The position numbers were made by a program, and so were the translations under genes. The notes under the pieces were generated by a model. The model saw only the letters and a program-made list of their open reading frames with translations. It made no database searches and was not told the DNA's origin. 64,000 nt of DNA from Mobula birostris (lineage: Eukaryota): NCBI RefSeq assembly GCF_030028105.1, contig NC_092386.1, positions 16,795,258-16,859,257 on the forward strand, read 5' to 3'. Within the stretch, counting starts at the first letter, position 1; the number at the start of each line of letters is the position of its first letter. Positions 24,619-36,754 of this stretch are shown here, one piece after another.

Positions 24619-25389
24619 ACCCCTTCCTACAGATGCTGCCTGGCCTGCTGTGTTCACCAGCAACTTTGATGTGTGTTGCTTGAATTTCCAGCATCTGCAG
24701 AATTCCTGTTGCCTGCATATTGATGTTGTCCTGGAGACACACTTCTGCAAGAACAAACACACAGCAGTTCCTCATCTCGCCCTGTGTCAGCAGGTTAACA
24801 CTGAACAGCAGGCACATTAACAGCATTTAAAAGGTATTTAGACAGGTGCATAGAAATGGTTCAGATGGAAAAGGGACAGTTGTGGGCAAATAAGACCACA
24901 AGACCATAAGGTACAGGAGCAGAGTTAGGCCTTTGGCCCGTCAAATCTGCTCCACCATTTCATCATGGCTGATCCAATTTTCCTCTCAGCCTCAATTTCC
25001 TGCCTTCTCCCTGTATCCCTTCATGCCTTGACCAATCAAAAATCTAGCTTAGCTAGGAATCTTGGTTAGTATGAAGCAGTTGGGGCAAATGGCCTGTTTC
25101 CATACTGTAGTAGTTTATGAAAAATATCTGCAGTATATGCTTTTGCCTTATCTACATTGGACAGCAACATAAACATATTGATAGGTGATGTTAATTCGAA
25201 GGAAGCTTAATTTATTCCAATGGCATTTTGTTCAGTAATAATCAAAATTTGACAGTAGAAAGTAATGTTGGATCCAAATGTTCTGAAAATTTTAGTTTCC
25301 TGTGTGGTAATTTGAAGTATTTCATCAGCTATGGCTTCAGATATGTCACTCTTGACTTGATTAGTAATTAATAATTCAATTTCATTATA

Positions 25390-26105
25390 GAGTCATTGTG
25401 TTATGACTCTACATCACAGAGGCAGGCTCTTCGGCCCATCTAATCTATGTTAAGCTATTAATCTGCCTAGTTACATCGATCTGCACCCGGACCGTAGCCT
25501 TCCAAACTGCTCCCATCCATGCACCAATCAAAATTGCTTTTAAATATTGAAATCAAACCTACATCCACTATTTCCACTGGCAACTCAGTCCACATTCTCA
25601 CCAACCTCTGAGTGAAGCCGTTCCCCCTCATGTTCCCAATAAATACTTCACCTTTCATCTTTAACCCATGACCTCTAGTACTGTATAGTCTCATCCAACC
25701 ACAGTGGAAAATGATTGCTTACCCACATAATTTTGTATACCTCTATCAAATCTCCCCTCACTCTCTTACGCTGTAGGGAATAAAGTCCAAACCTGTTCAA
25801 ACTTTCTAATAACTCTCAAGTCGTCAAGTCCCTGCAACATCCTTGTTAATTTTCTATGTAGTCTTTCAATCTTTCCTGTAGATAGCTGATCAAAGCTGCA
25901 CACAATACCCCAGATTAGGCCTCACCAACATTTTATACAACTTATACATAACATCCCAACTCCTGTACTCAATTCTGTGATTTATGAAGGCCAAAGTGCC
26001 AAAAGCTCTCCTTATAACTCTATCTACCTGTAATGCCACCTTCAAAGAATTATGGATCTGTATTCCTAGATCCCTCCATTCTACTGCACTCCCCAGTGCA
26101 GTACA
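25390..26105 (-). mobile_element. CR1 3' fragment
   Basis: RDLGIQIHNSLKVALQVDRVIRRAFGTLAFI...LYKMLVRPNLGYCVQL; FTQRLVRMWTELP. Confidence 0.85.
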
Positions 26106-27859
26106 TTGAGTTTTTAAAACCAACAAACAACTTAAAGAATGCCACACAAGCAAATTCTTTTAGAAATTCCTGCAACACAAGTTGAAGGCAGATGAATGGT
26201 TTGGTCCAATCATCTATCTATAGTATTCTTGATGGCCTGCAATGTTTATATTCCACTAACAGCCTATTATGCACCAATGCTTCCAATACTTTCTCCTTCC
26301 TAATACAGGCATGCACCAGAATATTCAGCAGACCCCTCCCTTAACTCTTCAGCCTCCGCATCCCTCTTCCTGGTGAATATTGATAAGAAGCATTTATCTA
26401 AGACCTCACTCATCCAGATCCTAACATAAATCAGCCCTTTGTTCTCTAGTGGGAACTGCTTTTTCCTTACCTACGCTATGGCTTATAACATCCTTATGAA
26501 GGGCTTTAGGGTCATGGTGGGGAGGGGTCTGTTTGTGATAGACTAGTCTGTATTCACCACTATCTTTAATTCAGTATATCAGTATAGATTAGTAATAGCA
26601 GGATTCTCTCTAATGCTACCTGTCAAGGATACCTTCATGGAAATTTCGCTTGCGGTCTTCTTTTAAGGTAGTTGGTTAGGTTAGGCAGCTGGTAAAGGTG
26701 AACCTAATATAGGCACCATTTCTTTGGATTTTGGAATTGAATTTTGAGTTTATGAACATGATAAAAACAATTTCCAATATGTGGAAGATACAGGAACAAG
26801 CATGGGTAGAGTAGGAAAACAAAATGGAGAACTTAAGTCCAATGAACAGGAGACAGGAAGCCAGTGCAGTGCAGTACTAAAAGGGTGATGTATATGGAAT
26901 AATCACACACTCATCATGTCCAACACAATAACATCCATGACATATGTCCAGGTCAAGCCTGGGGCAACATATTTCTTCAAAAGTTTCAATTGCAATGATA
27001 TGAGAACAGAGTTAACGAATGGAAAAATGGATAAAGAGCAGGACAATAGTCAAAGAAACGTAAATTTATTATCAAGGTACATATATATTACCATATACTG
27101 CTTTGAGATTTATTTTCTTGCAATGGAATACAATGGAATTTATTAAAAAAGCCAAACATTAAACAAAACTGACAATCAATGTGCAAAAGAAGACAAACTG
27201 AGGAAATGAAAAATAAATAATAGTGACAACGTTTTGTAAAATCCTTGAAAGTGAGCCTGTAGATTGTACAATCAGTTCAGAGTTGATCTGAGTTAAATTA
27301 TCCACACCAGTTCAGGAGTCTGATAGCTGGGGGGGGGGGGGGCAGGGTGGTATGGCCTGGATGATTTTGAGTCCTTGATGATTGATGCTGCTTTCCTGTG
27401 GCAGCGCTCCATGTAAATATGTTCAATGGTGGGGAGGGATTCACCTGTATCCACCGCTTTCTGTAGATCAATATATCAGTATAGATCAGTAGTGGCGGAC
27501 ACTAAAATTGAACATGGGTCATATATATTAACAAAGTCTGAGTGAGAAGGAGAGGATGCACCATCTCTGGCTAAGTATGTTTAATGGGGGTAGAAATATT
27601 TTTGAATTGATTACTGAGTAAACTATTATCATATGGGCAAGTGCCCCACCAGGAGATTATTTTTTCTTGATCTCACACTGTGGAAGTCTGTATGCAGGTA
27701 CAGATTAATGATGTATAAAATATTGGATAAGGTCTCCGGTATAGAAACTTGGTAGACACAATGGGCCAAGTGGCCTACTTCACTCTATGATTTGATGAAA
27801 AACTATGAAGGGTTATAGCATCTGTGAAAACTCACCAGGCTCTGATGAAAAATATTCCT

Positions 27860-28529
27860 AAAATCATGAAAAGAAATAATGAAAGCAATTTTCTAATCAC
27901 CTCTGGCTAGAGGAAGTGATGGCTGAGGGCTGGGAGACTGCTAATATTGTACAGTAGTTTAAAAGAGAAGGAAAAAAGATAATCAAAAGAATTAAGGGCC
28001 AGTCAGATTAACAGATGGACAAATAATTGAAATTCATTCCAAGGGATTGTGGAGATCATTATTTCAATTGGCACTGTTTAATCAGGGGCAATCATTCTTT
28101 TTCTGAATAATACTTCACTTATGTTTTTGAAGAAGTAGCAAAGGGGGTCATTGAGGGCAATGCATTCAATATAGTCTACTCGGATTTCAGCAAGGCTTTT
28201 GACAAGCTTCAACGTGACATGATTTCAAAACAAAAGGCTGCATCCAAGGAAGAGGGGCCAATTGGGCCTAAGGTTGGCTCAGTGACAGATAGAAAAGGAA
28301 CATTGTTCATCGGTGTTTTTTGCGACTGTACCTCTCAGGACTAGCCTTTTGATTTTGTAATAAACGCTAATAATTTAGATAAAGGTGTGGGGACATTGAT
28401 AGGGCAGTTTACAGGATTCAAGCAATTGGCCATGCAATTAAAAGTGAGGAAGACAGGCTGAGATAGCAGGAATGCATAAATAATCCAGTGAGTTTGGCAT
28501 CAAAACAATAACTAGAATTTAATCCAGAA
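27860..28529 (+). mobile_element. Old CR1 RT remnant, outermost layer of a nest; resumes at about 33570-33600
   Basis: gatttcagcaaggcttttgacaag (DFSKAFDK); gaatttaatccagaa followed after the nest by aagtgtgaagtattgcac (EFNPE-KCEVLH). Confidence 0.7.
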
Positions 28530-30204
28530 AAACATAGAAACATAGAAAATAGGTGCAGGAGTAGGCCATTTGGCCCTTTGAGCCTGCACCGCCATTCACT
28601 ATGATCATGGCTGATCATCCAACTCAGAACCCTGTACCAGCCTTCCCTCCATACCCCCGATCCCTTTAGCCACAAGGGCCATATCTAACTCCCTCTTAAA
28701 TACAGCCAATGAACTGGCCCCAACTGTTTCCTGTGGCAGAGAATCCCACAGATTCACCACTCTCTGTGTGAAGAAGTTTTTCCTAATCTCAGTCCTAAAA
28801 GGCTTCCCCTTTATCCTCAGACTGTAACCCCTCGTTCTGGACTTCCCCAACATCGGGAACAATCTTCCTGCATCTAGCCTGTCCAATCCCTTTAGGATTT
28901 TATACGTTTCAATAAGATCTCCCCTCAATCTTCTAAATTCCAACAAGTATAAGCCTAGCCGATCTAGTCTTTCATCATATGAAAGTCCTGCCATCCCAGG
29001 AATCAACCTGGTGAACCTTCTTTGTACTCCCTCTATGGCAAGAATGTTTTTCCTCAGATTAGGGGACCAAAACTGCACACAATACTCCAGGTGTGGTCTC
29101 ACCAAGGCCTTGTACAACTGCAGTAGTATCTCCCTGCTCCTGTACTCAAATCCACTTGCTATGAATGCCAGCATACCATTCGCCTTTTTCACCGCCTGCT
29201 GTACCTGCATGCCCACTTTCAATGACTGGAGAAGCTGACAGTGATGCAGGTGGATGCTTTCCTGGTGTCAAGGATTCTTGATTACCTGACTGGCAGACCG
29301 CAGTACGTGTGCTTGCAACACTGTGTGTCCAACAGAGTGATCAGCAGCACTGGGGCTCCACGGGGGACTGTCTTTTATCCCTTTCTCTTCACCATTTACA
29401 CCTCGGACTTTAACTACTACACAGAGTCTTGTCATCTTCAGAAGTTTTCTGATGACTCTGACATAGTTAGATGCATCAGCAAGGGAGATGAGGCTGAGTA
29501 CAGGGCTATGGTAGGAAACTTTGTCACATGGTGTGAGCAGAATTATCTGCAGCTTAATGTGAAAAAGACTAAGGAGCTGGTGGTAGACCTGAGGAGAGCT
29601 AAGGTACCGGTGACCCCTGTTTCCATCCAGAGGGTCAGTGTGGACATGGTGGTGGATTACCAATACCTGGGGATACGAATTGACGATAAACTGGACTGGT
29701 CAAAGAACACTGAGGCTGTCTACAAGAAGGGTCAGAGCCGTCTCTATTTCCTGAGGAGACTGAGGTCCTTTAACATTTGCCGGACGATGCTGAGGATGTT
29801 CTACGAGTCTGTGATGGCCAGTGTGATCATGTTTGCTGTTGTGTGCTGGGGCAGCAGGCTGAGGGTAGCAGACACCAACAGAATAAACAAACTCATTCAT
29901 AAGGTCAGTGATGTTGTGGGGATGGAACTGGACTTTCTGACTGCGGTGTCTGAAAAGAAGATGCTGTCCAAGTTGCATGCCATCTTGGTCAATGTCTTCC
30001 ATCCACTACATAATGTACTGGGTGGGCACAGGAGTACATTCAGCCAGAGACTCATTCCACTGAGATGCAACACAGAGTGTCATAGGAAGTAATTCCTGCC
30101 TGTGGCCATCAAACTTTACAACTCCTTCCTTGGAGGGTCAGACACCCTGAGCCAATAGGCTGGTCCTGGACTTATTTCCTGGCATAATTTACATATTACT
30201 ATTT

Positions 30205-33200
30205 ATAATGATAGAGCAGAGGAAAGGGAAAACAGAAATAAATCTAAGATAGTGAGCAGTAAAGCTGTCAGGAAAGACAGGCAGGTGATGGGGCAAATTT
30301 GTAGCCATTGGGATGAGTTGCAGTGCAATAAAGTTGCAGTGAAATCAAAGCAAAAAGTATCAAATACTGGTCTTAAGGTGTTGTACTTAAATGCACGCAG
30401 CATAAGGAATAAGGTGGATGATCTTGTTGTACAGCTACAGATTGGCAGGTATGATATTGTGGCCATCACTGAGATCTGGCTAAAGGATGCATGTCTCTGG
30501 GAGCTGAACGTCCAAGGATACACGGTGTATCAGAAGGATAGAAAGGTAGGCGGAGGGGGAGGCGTAGCTTTGTTGGTAAGAAATGATATTAAATCATTAG
30601 AAAGAGGTGATATAGGATCGGAAGGTGCAGAATCTTTATGGGTTGAGCTAAGAAATCGCAGGGGTAAAAGGACCCTGATGGTAGTTATTTATAGGCCTCC
30701 AAACAGCTGCAGGGATGTGGACTACAAATTACAACTGGAAATAGAAAAGGCTTATCAGAAGGGCAGTGTTATGATAATTGTGGGGGATTTTAACATGCGA
30801 GTAGATTGGGAAAATCAGGTCAGCACTGGATCTCAAGAGAGAGAATTTGTAGAATGTCTGCAAGATGGCTTTTTAGAACAGCTTGTTGTTGAGCCTACTA
30901 GGGGATCAGCTGTACTGGATTGGGTATTGTGTAATGAACTGGAGGTGATTGGAGAGATTGAGGTGAAGGAACCCTTAGGAGGCAGTGATCATAACATGAT
31001 TGAGTTCACTGTGAAATTAGAAAAAGAGAAGCCGAAATCTGATGTGTCGGTATTTCAGTGGAGTAAAGGAAATTACAGTGGCATGAGAGAGGAACTGGCC
31101 AAAGTTGACTGGAAAGAGACACTGGCGGGAAAGACAGCAGAGCAGCAGTGGCTGGAGTTTATGTGAGAAATGAGGAATGTGCAAGACAGGTATATTCCAA
31201 AAAAGAAGAAATTTTTGAGTGGAAAAAGGATGCAATCATGGTTGACAAGAGAAGTCAAAGCCAAAGTTAAAGCAAAAAAGAGGGCATACAAGGAAGCAAA
31301 AATTAGTGGGAAGAGAGAGGATTGGGAAGTTTTTAAAACCTTACAAAAGGAAACCAAGAAGGTCATTAAGAGAGAAAAGATTAACTATGAAAGGAAGCTA
31401 GCAAATAATATCGAAGAGGATACTAAAAGCTTTTTCAAGTATATAAAGATTAAAAGACAGGTGAGAGTAGATATAGGACCGATAGAAAATGATGCTGGAG
31501 AAATTGTAATGGGAGATGAGGAGATGGCAGAGGAACTGAACAAGTATTTTGCATCAGTCTTCACTGAGGAAGACGGCAGTGTACTGGACACTCAAGGGTG
31601 GCAGGGAAGAGAAGTGTGCGCAGTCACAATTATGACAGAGAAAGTACTCAGGAAGCTGAATAGGCTGAAGGTAGATAAATCTCCTGGACCAGATGGAATG
31701 CACCCTCATGTTCTGAAGGAAGTAGCTGTGGAGATTGCAGAGGCATTAGCGATGATCTTTCAAAAGTCGATAGTTTCTAGCATGGTTCGGAGGACTGGAA
31801 GATTGCAAATGTCACTCCGCTATTTAAGAAGGGGGCAAGGAAGCAAAAAGGAAATTATAGACCTGTTAGCTTGATATCTGTGTTTGGGAAGTTGTTGGAG
31901 TCGATTGTCAAGGATGAGGTTACAGAGTACCTGGAGGCATATGACAAGATAGGCAGAACTCAGCATGGATTCCTTAAAGGAAAATCCTGCCTGACAAACC
32001 TATTACAATTTTTTGAGGAAATTACCAGTAGGCTAGACAAGGGAGATGCAGTGGATGTTGTATATTTGGATTTTCAGAAGGCCTTTGACAAGGTGCCACA
32101 CATGAGGCTACTTAACAAGATAAGAGCCCATGGAATTACGGGAAAGTTACATACGTGGATAGAGCGTTGGCTGATTGGCAGGAAACGGAGAGTGGGAATA
32201 AAGGGATCCTATTCTGATTGGCTGCCGGTTACCAGTGGTGTTCCACAGGGATCAGTGTTGGGGCCGCTTCTTTTTACATTGCACATCAACGATTTAGATT
32301 ATGGAATAGATGGCTTTGTGGCTAAGTTTGCTGACGATACGAAGATAGGTGGAGGGGCCGGTAGTGCTGAGGAAACGGAGAGTCTGCATAGAGACTTGGA
32401 TAGATTGGAAGAATGGGCAGAGAAGTGGCAAATGAAGTACAATGTTGGAAGGTGTATGGTTATGCACTGTGGCAGAAAAAATAAACGGGCAGACTATTAT
32501 TTAAATGGGGAAAGAATTCAAAGTTCTGAGATGCAACGGGACTTGGGAGTCCTCGCACAGGATACCCTTAAAGTTAACCTCCAGGTTGAGTCAGTAGTGA
32601 AGAAGGCGAATGCAATGTTGGCATTCATTTCTAGAGGAATAGAGTACAGGAGCAGGGATGTGATGTTGAGGCTCTATAAGGCGCTGGTGAGACCTCACTT
32701 GGAGTACTGTGGGCAGTTTTGGTCTCCTTATTTAAGAAAGGATGTGCTGACGTTGGAGAGGGTACAGAGAAGACTCACTAGAATGATTCCGGGAATGAGA
32801 GGGTTAACATGTGAGGAATGTTTGTCCGCTCTTGGACTGTATTCCTTGGAGTTTAGAAGAATGAGGGGAGACCTCATAGAAACATTTCGAATGTTAAAAG
32901 GCATGGACAGAGTGGATGTGTCAAAATTGTTTCCCATGATGGGGGAGTCTAGTACAAGAGGGCATGACTTCAGGATTGAAGGGCGCCCTTTCAGAACAGA
33001 AATGCGAAGAAATTTTTTTAGTCAGTGGGTGGTGAATCTATGGAATTTGTTGCCACGGGCAGCAGTGGAGGCCAAGTCATTGGGTGTATTTAAGGCAGAG
33101 ATTGATAGGTATCTGAGTAGCCAGGGCATCAAAGGTTATGGTGAGAAGGCGGGGGAGTGGGACTAAATAGGAGAAAATGGATCAACTCATGATAAAATGG

Positions 33201-33272
33201 TGGAGCAGACTCGATGGGCTGAATGGCCTACTTCTGCTCCTTTCTCTTGTGGTCTTATGGTCTTATGGTCTT
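30205..33272 (+). mobile_element. CR1 LINE with an essentially complete ORF2; innermost layer of the nest
   Basis: Inserted in the Rex 3' UTR; ends in a (ggtcttat)n tail at about 33250-33272. Confidence 0.92.
30252..33166 (+). pseudogene. CR1 ORF2 (APE endonuclease plus reverse transcriptase), broken by one stop (31164-31166) and a frameshift near 31790
   Basis: YLNARSIRNK, VAITE, IYRPP, VGDFN, LDWVL, GSDHNMI; KSPGPDGMHP; YLDFQKAFDKV, GVPQGSVLGP, KFADDTK. Confidence 0.92.
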
Positions 33273-33614
33273 AACTATTTATGGTTTTATTACTATTTAA
33301 TTATTTATGGTGCAACTGTAACGAAAACCAATTTCCCCCAGGATCAATAAAGTATGCATATGACTATCACTATGACTATCTATACAATGACACGCAGGTC
33401 TCGTTGCACTTCCCCTTTTCCTAATCAGCCACCATTCAGATAATAATCTGTTTTCCTGTTCTTGCCACCAAAGTGGATAACCTTACATTTATCCACATTA
33501 AATGGCATCTGCCATGAATTTGCCCACTCAGCTAACCTATCCAAGTCACCCTGCATCCTCCTCACAGCTAACAGAAGTGTGAAGTATTGCACCCAGAAGG
33601 GCATGGAATCACAG

Positions 33615-34772
33615 AGTAATACATCCCTTACAGGTCCTTCAGCTGGAGACCACGCCGACTACGGTTCCCACCCGGATAGTCCCAATTTCCTGTGTTTAGT
33701 CAGCCATATCCCTCTAAGCCCCATACCTTCACGTACCTATCCAAGTCCTTCTTAAATGTGCTATTGTACTTGGCTCAACCACTTCTTCTAGATGCTCATT
33801 CCAAATACTCACACCCTCTTCCCCCCTCTGCACCCTCACACCCAAAATTTATGCCCCCATCGTTCTGGTCTTTCCTACCTTTGGAGAATATTACTGTCCT
33901 CTCATAATTTTACACATTTCTATACTGTCATCTCTCGTTTCGAAGAGTAGAGACCTAGCCTGGCCAATTTCTCTCTCTAGTCCTGGCAACACCATTGTAA
34001 ATATTTTCTACTCTCTTTACAGTTTAACCACATCCTTCCTATAACAGGGTGGCCAAAACTGTACATTATACTCTGAATGCGGCCTCACCAATGACTTATA
34101 CAGTTGCAACATAATATCCCAACTCCTAAGGGTCTCAGCCCGAAATGTCAACTGTTTGTTCATTTCCATTGATGCTGTCTGACCTGCTGAGTTCCTCCAG
34201 CATTCTGTGTGTGTTCCTGTACTCAGTGCCCTGATGGATGAAGGGCAGCATGCTGAACACCATTTTCAATATACTGTCTTCCTAGGATACTGCTTTCAAT
34301 GAACTATGCACTTGTATTCCTAGGTGCCTCGGTTCCATTACACTCACTTGTGCCCTACCACTCATAGCATAAGTCCTACACTAGTCTGACTTCCCAAAAT
34401 ACACCAACCCCTGTGGCACACCACTAATAACCAGCCTCCATTCCAAGAAACGACCTTCAGCCACCAACAAGAGAAAATCTGCAAATGCTGGAAATCCGAC
34501 TAAAGTCCTGCCAAAGGGCTTTGGCCCAAAATGTCGACTGTATTTTTTTTCCACAGATGCTGCCTGGCCTGCTGAGTTCCTCTAGCATTTTGGGTGTGTG
34601 GCTTCAACCACCCCTCTGCTTCCTACCTCTGAGCCAACTTTGAATCCACTTAACTCGCTCTTCCTGGATTCCATGGGACTCAACCTCATGGATCAGCTTT
34701 CTGAGCAGGATGTTGTCAAAGGCCTTGCTAATGTCCAAATAGGTGACATCCACTGCCCTACCCTCATCTAGA
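33615..34772 (-). mobile_element. Older CR1 fragment hosting two PLE 3'-end insertions (34129-34215 and 34466-34601)
   Basis: Decayed reverse-complement RT motifs such as ttgtcaaaggccttgctaatgtccaaat (LDISKAFD). Confidence 0.7.
34466..34601. mobile_element. Miniature two-ended PLE insertion with 11-bp TSD
   Basis: Flanked by cttcagccacc / cttcaaccacc; the left arm is the inverted terminal ~32 nt and the right arm runs from the hammerhead motif to ...tgtgtgg. Confidence 0.7.
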
Positions 34773-34774
34773 GT

Positions 34775-35512
34775 AACACACAGAAAATGCTGGAGAAACT
34801 CAGCAAGTCAGGCAGCATCTATGGAGAGGAATAAAGAGTCGGCATTTCTGGCTGAGATCCTTCATCAGGACTGGAAAGGAAAGAGCAAAAGCCAGAATAA
34901 GAAGGTGTGTAGAGGGGAGGGAGTACAAGCTGGAAGGTGATGGGTGCAGCCAGGTGAGAATAAGTGGGTGGGTGAGGGCAGTTGGGATGAAGTGAGAATC
35001 TGGGAGGTGGAAGAAGTAAAGGCCTGAAAAAGAAGGAATTAAATAGGAGAGGAGAGTGGACCATGGGAGAAAGAGAAGGAGGAGGGGCACCAGGAAAAGA
35101 GAAAGGGTATGAGGAAGCCAAACTAGGGAATGGAAAAGGAGAGAAGGAGAAGCGGGGGTGAAATTACTGGAAGCTGGAGAAGACAATGCTCATGTCAAGG
35201 CTTTGTAAACAAAATATAAGGTATTGCTCCTCCAGTCTGAGAGTAGACTCATCATGACAGTCGAGGAGGCTATGGACCAATATGTCAGAAAGGGAATGGT
35301 GAATGGTTGGCCACTGGGAAATCTTCCCTGTTGTGGATGAAGAAAAGGTGCTCGATAAAGCAGCCCCCCAATCTACAGTGGGTCTCACCAATGCTGAGGA
35401 AGTCGCACCAGGAATACCAGCTACGTTAGATAACACCAACAGATTCACAGGTGAAATGTTGCCTCACCTGGAACGACTGTTTGGGGCCCTGAATAATAGT
35501 GAGGGAGAAGGT
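34775..35512 (-). mobile_element. Degenerate PLE 3' fragment (GIY-YIG remnant, pyrimidine-rich UTR, hammerhead remnant)
   Basis: HDESTLRLEEQYLIFCL; minus strand ccagtcctgatgaaggatctcagccagaaatgccgact. Confidence 0.8.
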
Positions 35513-35785
35513 GAATTGTCAAGAGTAGCATTTGTCGCTTGCCCTACCAGCGGGTTACAACATTTGATAGATCAACCTCTGCAATTTCATAGAACACAGA
35601 ACATAGATCAGTACTGTACAGCACAGGAAAAAGCCCTTTGGTCCACGGTGCCTATGCTGAAGATGAAGCCAAATGAAACTAAATCTCTTCTGCCCGCACA
35701 TCATCCCTATTCGTCCATTCCTTGGGTATTCTTGTCTCTTAAACACAATCACAAGCAGTCCATTCCAGGCACGACCCATTCTCTG

Positions 35786-36090
35786 AAGCATGGTAGCGTA
35801 GTTGTTAGTGTAACACTATTACAGCACCAGCGATCTCTGATCTGGGTTCAATTCCTGTCGTTCTCTGTGAGGAGTTTGTACATTCTCCCCATAACAGCAT
35901 GGGTTTCCTCCTACATTCCAAAGTCATATGGGTTAGTGTGTTGTGGACATGTTATATTGGCGCCAGAAGCCTGGCGACACTTGCAGGCTGCCCAGCGCAA
36001 TCTTTGCTGATTTTGGTTTGGCGCAGAACAGCAGATTTCACTGTATGTTTTGATGCTTTGCTATACATGAGGCAAGAAAAGCTAAACTCC
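35786..36090 (+). mobile_element. HE1/V-type tRNA-derived SINE; related copies at 39060-39375, 41278-41580, 47926-48055 and 56085-56410
   Basis: A box tagcgtagttg, B box ggttcaattcc, central ttctcccc...tgggtttcctcc domain. Confidence 0.7.
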
Positions 36091-36754
36091 CTTTCAAAAA
36101 CAATTCCCCAGCACATCTCCTTTACACCTTCCCCATCTCTCACCTTTAATGAGATACTAACATCAGGAACAATCTCCTGTCTCTTCCCATTGCAGCATAT
36201 TGAAGGGATTAATAATTGCAAAACTATAGTCAGTGGAAATTTTTTTGATCCCCGTCTGGTAAACACTGTTATTTCTGTATATGTGGAATATCTTTATAAG
36301 AAATTAATCTGTACATAATGCTACAGTTGGAATTGGTATTGGTTTATTATTGTGTGTACTGAGGTACAGTGAAAAGCTTGTCTTGCATACTGTTCATACT
36401 ATTCAAATCATTATACAGTGTATTGAGATAGAACGAGGTAAAATAATAACAATACAAGATAAAGCGTAATAGTTACCGGGTAAGTTTAGTGCAGATATAC
36501 AATAAGATAAAAGATCATAACAAGGTGGATTGGGACTTCAAGATCCAATTTATCATACTAAGGAACATTAGTCCTATAACTTTGGGATAGAAGCTGTCCA
36601 GGAGCCTGGTGGCATGTGCTTTCAGGCTTTTATACCTTCTGTGCTATAGGAGAAGGGAAAAGAGAGAATATCTGTCATGGGTTGGGTCTTTGATTTGTTG
36701 GCTGCTTTACTGAGAAGTATAGACAGAGACTACAGACAGTTCTGCTTGGATGAC

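Larger units (their letters stand above)
20518..24710. mobile_element. Composite two-armed Penelope-like retroelement insertion
   Basis: Perfect 15-bp TSD gcctgcatattgatg at 20503-20517 and 24711-24725; minus-strand arm 20518-22947 and plus-strand arm 23529-24710. Confidence 0.92.
29229..33380 (+). mobile_element. 5'-truncated Rex-Babar LINE split into 29229-30204 and 33273-33380
   Basis: ORF 29241..30092: STGAPRGTV..PFLFTIYTSD, QKFSDD, LNVKKTKELVVD, RLYFLRRLRSF; 3' end caataaagta(tgacta)n at 33345-33380. Confidence 0.88.
28530..33562 (-). mobile_element. Young 5'-truncated CR1 split into 28530-29228 and 33381-33562
   Basis: ORF 28605..29222 (LVRPHLEYCVQFWSP...FFTQRVVNLW) and (tttctatg)n tail at 28530; upstream RT sequence continues at 33381. 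Confidence 0.88.

Noticed and set aside
20518-24678. Interpretation as a DNA transposon with 1.1-kb terminal inverted repeats
   Set aside because: The inverted arms are PLE coding and 3' sequence with unequal ends, and no transposase is present.
35303-36010. 235-aa plus-strand ORF
   Set aside because: A mosaic of antisense PLE, a CR1 tail and an HE1-type SINE.
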